From the NCBI GenBank assembly GCA_044229145.1, contig JBGATO010000009.1, forward strand, positions 1 through 64,000: a DNA stretch of 64,000 nucleotides. Reading direction: 5' to 3'. Below, piece after piece: positions 31,115 through 39,467 of this stretch (position 1 is its first letter; each line of letters begins with the position of its first letter). Source of the DNA: Candidatus Eiseniibacteriota bacterium (GTDB lineage: Bacteria; Eisenbacteria; RBG-16-71-46; CAZEPH01). The notes under the pieces are model-generated. The model had not been told where the DNA came from, made no database searches, and saw only the letters and a list, made by a program, of their open reading frames with translations. Both the position numbers and the translations under genes were made by a program.

Positions 31115-32212
31115 ATGCCGACTCGCACCGAACCACGCACACGGGACGCCTGGATGGATCTGGCGCTGGCCGCGCTCGACCGGGGCGTGCTGGCGCTCGA
31201 CGACGAGCGCCGGGTGGTCTTCGTGAACCGCCGGGCCGAGGAGATGCTCGGCCGCTCCGGCGACGAACTGGCCGGTCTGGAGATTTGCGCCGCCCTTGGC
31301 GCCCGCGACGACCGCTGGCTCGACCCCGAAGGCGACGCCCGGCTCGGCGAACCGGACGCCGAGCGCGTCCTGCGCTTCGAGGTCGGCGGCCGCGAGGTCG
31401 CCCTGCGCAGCGAACCGGCGGCCCTGCTCGACGGCCGCGGCACGGCGGCCGGCACCGTCGTGCTGCTCGAGGAGGAGGACAGCGACCCCGACCTCGAGCA
31501 AGCCCGGAAGACCGACCGCCTGATTTCGCTCGGCGAGTTATCGGCCTATGTGGCCCACGAGATTCGCAATCCGCTCACCGGTATCCGGACCACGGTGCAA
31601 TTCGTCGGGTCGAAGCTGGCGCCCGACGACGACCGCCGCCAGGACCTCGCCGACGTCATCGCCGAGATCGACCGCATCGAGCAGATCATCACCAGCCTGC
31701 TGATCTTCGCGCGGCCGCCAGTGGGCAAGCCATCGCCGACCGCGGTGGGCGACGTGGTGCGTCGCGCCCTCGATAACGTGGCGCCGCAGTGCGCGAGCGC
31801 GGGGGTCGCGGTGGAGATCGCGATCGCCGACGCGGTGCCGCTGGTGCGGGCGGACGCCGACCTCCTGCTGCAGGTCTTCCTCAATCTCGCGCTCAACGCG
31901 GTGCAGGCGATGACCGAGGGCGGCGGCACTCTCAGCGTCTCGGTGTCGCCGAAGCGCACGCGCTATCGCCGCAACATGGTCGACGTGGTGTTCGCCGACA
32001 CCGGCGGCGGCATCGCGCCCGAGGCGCTCGAGAAGATCTTCGCGCCGTTCTTCACCACGCGGTCGGCGGGTACCGGACTCGGGCTCGCGATCTCGCAGCA
32101 GATCGTGCGCGAGTACGACGGGCTGATCAGTGCGGCCAACCGGCCAGGCGGCGGCGCGCAGTTCCGCGTGTTGTTGCCGGGGCTCTCCGCGCGGCAGGCG
32201 GCACATGCCTGA
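31115..32212 (+). CDS. Cytoplasmic PAS-domain sensor histidine kinase (NtrB/AtoS-like)
   Basis: PAS-like VFVNRRAEEMLG, H-box VAHEIRNPL, N-box QVFLNL..NA, DTGGGI and PFFTT..GTGLGL; no TM segment. Confidence 0.95.
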   Translation: MPTRTEPRTRDAWMDLALAALDRGVLALDDERRVVFVNRRAEEMLGRSGDELAGLEICAALGARDDRWLDPEGDARLGEPDAERVLRFEVGGREVALRSEPAALLDGRGTAAGTVVLLEEEDSDPDLEQARKTDRLISLGELSAYVAHEIRNPLTGIRTTVQFVGSKLAPDDDRRQDLADVIAEIDRIEQIITSLLIFARPPVGKPSPTAVGDVVRRALDNVAPQCASAGVAVEIAIADAVPLVRADADLLLQVFLNLALNAVQAMTEGGGTLSVSVSPKRTRYRRNMVDVVFADTGGGIAPEALEKIFAPFFTTRSAGTGLGLAISQQIVREYDGLISAANRPGGGAQFRVLLPGLSARQAAHA

Positions 32213-33668
32213 TCTCGGACTCGTCCGCGCCGCGACGCGCGTGCTCGTCATCGACGACGAACCATCGATTCGCCGTTCGCTCACCCGCGTGCTCGAGGAG
32301 CGCGGCTTCGAGGTCGAAACCGCGCGCACCGGCGGGGACGGCCTCAAGGCCGCCGAACGCTGGGATCCGACGGTGGTGTTGCTCGACCTCAAGTTGCCCG
32401 ACGCCACCGGGCTCGAGATCCTGCGCGCCCTGAAGGAACGCGACCCGGCGGTCGCGGTGCTGATGATCACTGCGTACGGCGACGTCTCCGAAGCGGTCGA
32501 AGCCCTGCGTCTCGGCGCCGCCGACTTCCTCAAGAAGCCGTACGAACTCGAAGATGTCGTGTTGTCGGTCACCGCGGCGGCGCGTCGCGCGGCACTCGAG
32601 GCCGAGCTCGCCCGCTATCGCGCCCGCGACGCCGACACGCTGCGCCGCGACACCTTCCTTGGCGAATGCGAAGCCGTACAGGAACTCCGGGCGCTCATCG
32701 TCAAGGTGGCGCGCGGCAGCGGCACCACCGTCCTGCTCGAGGGAGAAAGCGGCACCGGCAAAGAGGTGGTGGCGCGCGCCGTGCACCGCGAGAGCGACCG
32801 GCGCGACGGTCCGTTCATGGACATCAACTGCGCCGCGGTCCAGGAGACGCTGCTCGAGAACGAACTGTTCGGCCACGAACGCGGTGCCTTCACCGATGCG
32901 CGTGAACTCAAGCGCGGGCTCGCCGAACTCGCCGACGGCGGGACGTTGTTCCTCGACGAAGTCGCCGACATGCCGGCGGCGGTGCAGGCGAAGCTGCTAC
33001 GCTTCCTCGACGGCCGCACGTTCAAGCGGGTTGGCGGCACGCGCGAGATCAGCGTCGACCTCCGGGTGATCGCCGCCACCAACAAGTCGCTCGCCGACGC
33101 GGTGGCGGACGGACGCTTCCGTGCCGATCTCTACTATCGCCTCCGCGTCGTGTCGCTCACCCTGCCGCCGCTGCGCGAGCGTGGCGGCGATGTCGAACTG
33201 CTCGCCGAGCACTTCCTCGCGCAGTACGCCAAGCGCTTCCACAAGCGCTTCCGCGGCTTGAGCGACGCCTGCCGCGCGGTCTTCCGCCACTACTCGTGGC
33301 CGGGCAACGTGCGCGAGTTGAAGAACGTGATCGAACGCGCCGTGCTGCTCGAGGACGCGGTGTGGCTGGAGCCGGCGCACCTGCCGGCAGAGATCGCGTT
33401 GCTCGGCGCGCCCGACGTGGCGCTCCCGCCGCACACGCTCGACGACGTTGCGCCGCTGCTCGACGAGGCGGCGGACGAGGAACTCGCCGGCACTCCGCCC
33501 GACGGATTACTCACCCTCGACGAAATCACCGATCGCCATATCCTCGCCGTGTTGGAGCATTGCCACGGCAATCGTTCGCAGGCCGCGCGCGTGTTGGGAT
33601 TGTCGCGCCAAGGTCTGCTCAATCGTCTGCGCAGTTTGCAAGATCGCTTGCCCCGCATCACGAGTTGA
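32205..33668 (+). CDS. Sigma54-dependent response regulator (NtrC/AtoC-like enhancer-binding protein)
   Basis: Receiver domain, GESGTGKE, ELFGHERGAFTDA, LFLDEV, FRADLYYRL, WPGNVREL and a Fis-type HTH. Confidence 0.97.
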   Translation: MPDLGLVRAATRVLVIDDEPSIRRSLTRVLEERGFEVETARTGGDGLKAAERWDPTVVLLDLKLPDATGLEILRALKERDPAVAVLMITAYGDVSEAVEALRLGAADFLKKPYELEDVVLSVTAAARRAALEAELARYRARDADTLRRDTFLGECEAVQELRALIVKVARGSGTTVLLEGESGTGKEVVARAVHRESDRRDGPFMDINCAAVQETLLENELFGHERGAFTDARELKRGLAELADGGTLFLDEVADMPAAVQAKLLRFLDGRTFKRVGGTREISVDLRVIAATNKSLADAVADGRFRADLYYRLRVVSLTLPPLRERGGDVELLAEHFLAQYAKRFHKRFRGLSDACRAVFRHYSWPGNVRELKNVIERAVLLEDAVWLEPAHLPAEIALLGAPDVALPPHTLDDVAPLLDEAADEELAGTPPDGLLTLDEITDRHILAVLEHCHGNRSQAARVLGLSRQGLLNRLRSLQDRLPRITS

Positions 33669-33671
33669 TCC

Positions 33672-33750
33672 TGTCCACAATCTAGACGTGTCAACGAAGT
33701 AGACAGGCGAGCGCGCGCTGCGCCTGCGTGCGCTGTCCACATCGTTCACA
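33672..33750. promoter_or_regulatory. Three palindromic candidate enhancer (UAS) sites, consensus TGTCnAC-N3-GTnGACA
   Basis: TGTCCACAATCTAGACG (33672-33688), TGTCAACGAAGTAGACA (33689-33705) and TGTCCACATCGTTCACA (33734-33750). Confidence 0.7.
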
Positions 33751-33848
33751 GGCGCCTCGCGCGCGCCCGTGCGGCGGACGAATGCGGCGCGACGATTTCG
33801 TGGCGTCCGTATGCGGTTTTCGCTGCACGTCGTGTGCGTCGCGGAGAA

Positions 33849-33865
33849 TTGGCACGCCGACTGCT
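33849..33865 (+). promoter_or_regulatory. Sigma54 (-24/-12) promoter
   Basis: TTGGCACG-CCGA-CTGCT with exact GG-N10-GC spacing, about 50 nt before the 33916 start. Confidence 0.8.
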
Positions 33866-33915
33866 ATCTCGTGACGCTGCGAAATGCGTGGACCGTGACG
33901 TGAGGAGGTGGGGCG

Positions 33916-34290
33916 GTGGCGCAGGCAATTCTCATCGTCGATGACGAGCGCCTCCTGGTTCGCACGCTCTCGGCGGCTCTTCGAGAGGCCGGGTATCGTA
34001 CCGTCACGGCATCGTCCGCGGAACAGGCCGAGAAATATCTCGAGCCGGACGCGGCGATCGCGGTCGCGGTGCTGGACAATCGCCTTCCCGGGCGCTCAGG
34101 GATCGAGATGCTGCGGGAAGCGCGTGCGCGAGGTCTGGAGTGGCGGGTCGTCCTGATGACCGCCTTCGAGAGCGCGGACGCACAACGAGAGGCCACGGAA
34201 CTCGGGGTGGATCGCTACGTGCACAAGCCGTTCGATCTGCCGGACATGGTGTCGACCATCGCCGCTCTGTACGGAGCACGCGAGGTCTGA
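33916..34290 (+). CDS. Single-domain response regulator (receiver only)
   Basis: ILIVDDE, AVLDNRLPGRSG, LMTAF and HKPFD motifs; AGGAGGTG RBS. Confidence 0.95.
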   Translation: MAQAILIVDDERLLVRTLSAALREAGYRTVTASSAEQAEKYLEPDAAIAVAVLDNRLPGRSGIEMLREARARGLEWRVVLMTAFESADAQREATELGVDRYVHKPFDLPDMVSTIAALYGAREV

Positions 34291-34329
34291 CGAGTCCTCT
34301 GCAAACCACGAGGGGAGGTGACGAAGACA

Positions 34330-34473
34330 ATGGCAGCTGCGAAGAAGGCGGCGAAGAAGGTGGCCAAGAAGGCTCCGGCCAAGAAGGCCGTGAAGAAGGC
34401 CGCGAAGAAGGCGACGAAGAAGGTCGCCAAGAAGGCGACGAAGAAGGTCGCGAAGAAGGCCGCGAAGAAGTAA
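34330..34473 (+). CDS. 47-aa histone H1-like Lys/Ala-rich protein (not in the ORF track)
   Basis: GGAGGTG RBS 9 nt before [50 protein letters not shown], 22 of 47 residues Lys; followed by a terminator. Confidence 0.85.
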   Translation: MAAAKKAAKKVAKKAPAKKAVKKAAKKATKKVAKKATKKVAKKAAKK

Positions 34474-34494
34474 CCTCGGCTGGATGCGGTACTC

Positions 34495-34534
34495 GCGGGG
34501 ATCACCGAGTCTCTCGGTGGTCCCCCGCTTCTTT
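34495..34534 (+). terminator. Rho-independent terminator
   Basis: GCGGGGATCACCGAG-tct-CTCGGTGGTCCCCCGC followed by TTCTTT. Confidence 0.8.
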
Positions 34535-34545
34535 GGGGGCGCGCG

Positions 34546-35040
34546 GTGACGGCTCGGACGATCGGCATGGGAGTGGCGATCGCGGCATGCGTGGCGATCG
34601 CGGGGTGGCGGGTGGCGCAGTGGGCGCCGCGCGACCGCGGCCTGACGCGCGCCGATTCGTATCCCGCCTCGGTGGTGGCGCCGCCGCCGGGCAGTTACAC
34701 GCTGCGGTTGCCGCCGGGCGACTGGCGCCCGCGGACGTTGGCGCCGGGAACCGCGGCGGTGCGAGAGTTGCCGGTGCGCCTCGTGTTTCCGCCCGACGCG
34801 CCGGGCACGGATTCGTCGCGCTACGAAGGGCTGTACTTGGCGCCGGCGGGGGAGCCGGCGGGCGCGACGCATCGCGTGGTGTTGTTGGCCGAGGCGCCCG
34901 AGGCGGGCGAATGGGGAGCCCGTGCCGCGGCGTTGGTGCGTCCAGGGCAGTGGTGTTTGGTGGTGGCGTTGCGGTCTCCCGAACCGCCAGACGATTCGCT
35001 CACGCTCGTGCTGACCGCGGCAGCGCGCGCCGCCGAATGA
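34546..35040 (+). CDS. Hypothetical exported or membrane-anchored protein
   Basis: N-terminal hydrophobic helix; fills the gap between a terminator and a convergent gene; no family recognised. Confidence 0.55.
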   Translation: MTARTIGMGVAIAACVAIAGWRVAQWAPRDRGLTRADSYPASVVAPPPGSYTLRLPPGDWRPRTLAPGTAAVRELPVRLVFPPDAPGTDSSRYEGLYLAPAGEPAGATHRVVLLAEAPEAGEWGARAAALVRPGQWCLVVALRSPEPPDDSLTLVLTAAARAAE

Positions 35041-35044
35041 CGCA

Positions 35045-36463
35045 CTACGGCGCGTACGGGGTGATCGCCCGGACGTGGCCGTCCCATCCCATCGCCACCA
35101 CGGTGCGGCCCGGATAGGGCTCGCCGACTTGCGGAAACGCGACGGCGCGCAGTCGCGGGCACACCATCGTCAACGCCCGTCCATCGGACAGCGCGCTGCG
35201 CACGTTCTGCCCGTACCAGCCGTGATTGCGCCAGGCGGCGCGCGGATAGCGGCGCGGCATCCACACCGCGACGGCGTCGCCGAGCGGCACGCCGGCGAGA
35301 TCGCCCACCGCGTGTCCGGCAATCTGCGCGTGGCGCAGCGAGGATTGCGCGTGCACGTCGGTCCCCGGCAGCCGCGCGTCTTCGATGCGGCCGAGTGTGG
35401 TCGCCGACCCTGCGAGACACACGGCGCCAAGCGCACAAGCGATCGCCGGCGGCACGCGCGGCTCACTCAGGGCGCGTGCCGCCAGGATCGCCACGCCGGT
35501 CAGCGGCATGTAGAGGTAGTAGAGGACGAACATGCTGCGCGTCGTCGTCGCCGGCGCGATGCCGCACACGAACCACGCTGCGGCGAACCACGCGAGTGGC
35601 CGCACCGCGGGCCGCGCCGCGCACGACGCCCACGCCGCGACCGCCGCCGCGATGAACCACGGAGACGGCGACGCCACGTTGCGGTACGCATCCACCCGCG
35701 TGCCGAACCAATCTGCGGTCGCGCTCACGTAGCCAAGGAATTGACCCAGCGCCTCCGTGGGAGAGGCGGAGATGTAGAGGTGCGCGAACTGTTGTGTCAC
35801 CCACGCGCCGGTCAGCCGCAATAGCGCCAGCCAGGCGACGCTCACGCCGAGCATCGTCCACGCGGCGCGGCGCCGCCCCGGCAGCAGCAGCATCGCCAGC
35901 GGCAGCGCGGCCACGGTTTCCTTACAGGCGAGGGCGACGACGAAGCAACCCACCGCCGCGGCGATGCGCCCGTCGAGCACCAGCCAGAGCGAGACCAGCG
36001 CGGCGAGCGCCGCCGCGATATCGGCCGCGCTCGCCACGTTGTAGAGGCTGTAGGCATGTGTCGCCCCGGCGGCGAACGCGGCCGCCGCGACCACCGCCGG
36101 CACACGGCCTGCGCCGTAGCGGCGCGCCACGCGCGTCACCATCCACGCGACCGTGAGGTGAAGCGCCAGCACCACGGCGTGATACGGCCAGGCAGTGGCC
36201 CCTGCCGCCGCCCACAGCGCGTGGAACATCGCGACGACGACGATGCGCCACGGGCCGTGCCACGCGCCGGCGAGCAGAAAGTCATCCTGGTGCAGGGCGA
36301 GTCGCGCGGTGCCGCCCCACCAGGCGAGGACGACCACGGCGAGGAGCGCGACATCGAAGGCGTCGCGGCGATCGCGCGGGATCAGCGAGAGGCGCGGCGG
36401 CGGAACGGACGGCGCCGGCGCAGCAGTCGGGCGCGGCGGGCGCGTGGAGCGTCGGGAGGACAT
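35045..36463 (-). CDS. Polytopic membrane protein, possibly a GT-C-fold glycosyltransferase
   Basis: About 10 TM helices; luminal QDDF motif after TM1, plus YHAVVLALH and ALACKE motifs typical of GT-C-like proteins. Confidence 0.65.
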   Translation of the reverse strand: MSSRRSTRPPRPTAAPAPSVPPPRLSLIPRDRRDAFDVALLAVVVLAWWGGTARLALHQDDFLLAGAWHGPWRIVVVAMFHALWAAAGATAWPYHAVVLALHLTVAWMVTRVARRYGAGRVPAVVAAAAFAAGATHAYSLYNVASAADIAAALAALVSLWLVLDGRIAAAVGCFVVALACKETVAALPLAMLLLPGRRRAAWTMLGVSVAWLALLRLTGAWVTQQFAHLYISASPTEALGQFLGYVSATADWFGTRVDAYRNVASPSPWFIAAAVAAWASCAARPAVRPLAWFAAAWFVCGIAPATTTRSMFVLYYLYMPLTGVAILAARALSEPRVPPAIACALGAVCLAGSATTLGRIEDARLPGTDVHAQSSLRHAQIAGHAVGDLAGVPLGDAVAVWMPRRYPRAAWRNHGWYGQNVRSALSDGRALTMVCPRLRAVAFPQVGEPYPGRTVVAMGWDGHVRAITPYAP

Positions 36464-36540
36464 GCGGGCGATTGTGGCGAGCCGCCGCGCCTCTGACAAC
36501 CCCGCGCCTCGCATGCCGCGGTGGTAGACTGCGCCGCATC

Positions 36541-39441
36541 GTGACCGAGAACGCTTCCGACACGCCGGTGCTGCTGCTACGCGGCGCCCGCCACCACAAT
36601 CTCCGCGACGTGACCGTGCGCTTCCCGCGCGGCCGGCTCACGGTGGTGACCGGCGTCTCCGGCTCCGGCAAGTCGTCGCTGGTCTTCGACACCTTGTACG
36701 CGGAAGGGCAGCGGCGGTACAGCGAGTCGGTGTCGGCGTACGCGCGGCAGTTCCTCGAGCGCGTGGCGCGGCCGGATCTCGACGCACTCGAAGGCATTTG
36801 TCCGGCGATTGCGATCGGGCGCAGCGATCCGCCGCGCACCGCGCGCAGCACGGTGGGCACGGTGACCGAAGTCGCCGATGCGCTGCGGCTGCTCTGGGCG
36901 CGAGTCGGCGTGACGATCTGCCCCGACTGCGGGCGCGAGGTGGAAGCCGACACGCCGGGGGGCGTCGCCGATCGCGTGCTCGCCACGCCGCGTGCCGAGG
37001 AGTCCGCCGTCGTCACCTTCGCGCCCGAGTGGCGGGCGGACGCCTCACTGCGGGAGCTCGCCGAACGGCTCCTCGCACAGGGTTTCGTACGGCTGTACGC
37101 CGACGGCGTCCTGTTCCGCGCCGACGATCCCGGCTCGTTGCCGTCGCGCGCGGCGCGGGTCGACGTGGTGGTGGATCGCGTCACGCTCCTGCCGAGCGAA
37201 CGCGCGCGGCTCGTCGAGGCACTCGAACTCGCGTTCCGCGCCGGGCATGGCAGCGCCGCAGTGCGCATCGGCGATGACATCCGTGCGCTCAGCGACCGCG
37301 CCGCCTGCGCGCCGTGCGGGCGCAGCTTCACGCCGCCGACGCCGCTGCTGTTCTCGTTCAACGCGCCGCTCGGCGCCTGCCCGCAGTGCCGCGGCTTCGG
37401 CGACGTGCTCGAGTTCGACCTGCGCCGCATCGTGCCGGATCCGCGCCGCTCGCTGCGCGAGAACGCGCTGGCGCCGTGGGCCGGCAGCTGGCGCCGCTAC
37501 TACATGGGCGAACTGACCAAGCTCGCGGCGGGCCTCGGCTTCTCACTCGACACGCCGTGGGCTGATTTGCCGCCGGTGGTACAGCAGATCATCCTGCGCG
37601 GCGACGCGCGCTTCGAAGGTGTCTTCCCGTTCCTCGAGGCCATCAAGCAGGAAAGCTACAAACCGGGCAGCCGCTTCCTGGTGAAGCGCTTCCAGAGTGC
37701 GGTGCCGTGTCGCGCATGCGGCGGTGCGCGGCTCACCGCCGATGCGCTCGCGGTGCGCCTCGACGGCAAGACGATTGCCCAGGCGATGGCGTGGCAAGTG
37801 CGCGATCTGCGGCGCTGGCTGGGGGCGCTGTCGCTCGAGGGCGCGCGCGCGACGATCGCCGCGCCCGCACTCGCGGAGGCCACCGCGCGGCTGGCGTACC
37901 TCGACGATGTCGGGCTGCCGTACCTCACGCTCGATCGCCCGGCGCGCACGCTGTCGGGCGGCGAGATGCAGCGCATCGGGATGGCACGCGCTCTCGGCGC
38001 GCAGCTTACCGACACGCTCTACGTGCTCGACGAACCGAGCGTCGGATTGCACGCGCGCGACGCCGGCCGCCTCTACGGCGTGCTCGACTGCTTGGTGGAG
38101 CGCGGCAACACCGTGGTCGTGGTCGAACACGATCGCGGCATCTTGGAACGCGCCGATTGGGTGATCGACCTCGGGCCGGGAGCCGGAACGCGCGGCGGAG
38201 AGGTGGTGGCGGAGGGCACGCCCGAGGACATCCGCGAGCATCCGACCTCGCTGACCGCGGCGTTCGTGCGCGGCGATCTGCGCGTCGCACGCACCGCGCC
38301 GCGCCTGGCGCCGGGCGCGGCCCGCATCACGGTGCGCGGGGCGACGCTGCACAACCTGCGCGGCGTCGACGTCGATCTGCCGCTCGGCCTGCTGGTGTGC
38401 ATCACCGGCGTGTCGGGCTCCGGCAAATCGACGCTGATCCGCGACCTCGTCGTCCCGCGGCTGCGCACCGACGCTGCGCCCGACGGCGGCGATGACGACG
38501 ACGCGCCCGCCGCCGACACCGGCCTCGCGCAGGTCGCCGGCGGCGAGGCGCTACGCGAGGTGGTGCTCGTCGACCAATCGCCGATCGGCCGTTCGCCGCG
38601 ATCGAATCCCGCCACCTTCTGCGGTCTCTACTCCGACATCCGCGCGCTGTTCGGCGCGGAGCCCGAGGCACGGCGCCGCGGCTACACCGCCGGCACCTTC
38701 TCGTTCAATGTTCCCGGCGGCCGCTGCGACGCGTGCGAGGGCGAAGGCATCGAGCGCATCGAGATGTATTGGCTCGCCGACGTCACCGTCGAGTGCGGTG
38801 CGTGCGGCGGCACCAAGTTCCGCCGCGACGCCCTCGACATCCTCCACCACGGCCTGTCGATCCACCAGGTGTTGTCGCTGACCATCGACGAGGCCGTGCG
38901 GTTCTTCGCCCGCACGCCGAAGCTGGCGCACAAGCTGTGGCTCCTGCAGCGCGTGGGGCTCGGCTATCTGACGCTCGGCCAATCGGCCACCACGCTGAGC
39001 GGCGGTGAAGCCCAGCGGCTCAAGATCGCGCGCGAACTCATCGACGGCGGCAAGCCGGGCGCGCTCTACGTCCTCGACGAGCCGACGGTGGGGCTGCACG
39101 CCGCCGACGTGCAGAAGCTGCTGGAGTTGCTGCTCGAATTGGTGGCGGAACGCGGAGCGAGCGTCTGGGTGATCGAACACAATCTCGAGGTCATCTGGGC
39201 CGCCGACTGGGTGATCGATCTCGGGCCCGACGGCGGCGAAGCGGGCGGGCGCATCGTCGCGCAGGGGACGCCGGAGACGATCGCCGCCACCGCGGGTTCG
39301 CTGACCGGCGAGGCGCTGGCGGCGGCGTGCGCGCGTGGGGCGCTCGTGCCGCCGCCCCGCACCGCGCCGCCGCGCGCGCGGAAATCAGCTCTGACGGCCC
39401 CGCGGGCGCGTGCAGGAACCTCGCGACGACGTGCAACCTGA
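36541..39441 (+). CDS. uvrA: Excinuclease ABC subunit A
   Basis: GARHHNL, GVSGSGKSSLVFDTLYAEGQRRY, LSGGEMQRI, second Walker A GVSGSGKST, LSGGEAQRLK and CxxC zinc fingers. Confidence 0.96.
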   Translation: MTENASDTPVLLLRGARHHNLRDVTVRFPRGRLTVVTGVSGSGKSSLVFDTLYAEGQRRYSESVSAYARQFLERVARPDLDALEGICPAIAIGRSDPPRTARSTVGTVTEVADALRLLWARVGVTICPDCGREVEADTPGGVADRVLATPRAEESAVVTFAPEWRADASLRELAERLLAQGFVRLYADGVLFRADDPGSLPSRAARVDVVVDRVTLLPSERARLVEALELAFRAGHGSAAVRIGDDIRALSDRAACAPCGRSFTPPTPLLFSFNAPLGACPQCRGFGDVLEFDLRRIVPDPRRSLRENALAPWAGSWRRYYMGELTKLAAGLGFSLDTPWADLPPVVQQIILRGDARFEGVFPFLEAIKQESYKPGSRFLVKRFQSAVPCRACGGARLTADALAVRLDGKTIAQAMAWQVRDLRRWLGALSLEGARATIAAPALAEATARLAYLDDVGLPYLTLDRPARTLSGGEMQRIGMARALGAQLTDTLYVLDEPSVGLHARDAGRLYGVLDCLVERGNTVVVVEHDRGILERADWVIDLGPGAGTRGGEVVAEGTPEDIREHPTSLTAAFVRGDLRVARTAPRLAPGAARITVRGATLHNLRGVDVDLPLGLLVCITGVSGSGKSTLIRDLVVPRLRTDAAPDGGDDDDAPAADTGLAQVAGGEALREVVLVDQSPIGRSPRSNPATFCGLYSDIRALFGAEPEARRRGYTAGTFSFNVPGGRCDACEGEGIERIEMYWLADVTVECGACGGTKFRRDALDILHHGLSIHQVLSLTIDEAVRFFARTPKLAHKLWLLQRVGLGYLTLGQSATTLSGGEAQRLKIARELIDGGKPGALYVLDEPTVGLHAADVQKLLELLLELVAERGASVWVIEHNLEVIWAADWVIDLGPDGGEAGGRIVAQGTPETIAATAGSLTGEALAAACARGALVPPPRTAPPRARKSALTAPRARAGTSRRRAT

Positions 39442-39467
39442 GCCCGCCCCACACGGGAGAATCCCGC

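Noticed and set aside
34330..34473. 12-bp periodic repeats as a CRISPR array or non-coding VNTR
   Set aside because: There are no spacers and variation falls at codon level, so this is a coding repeat.
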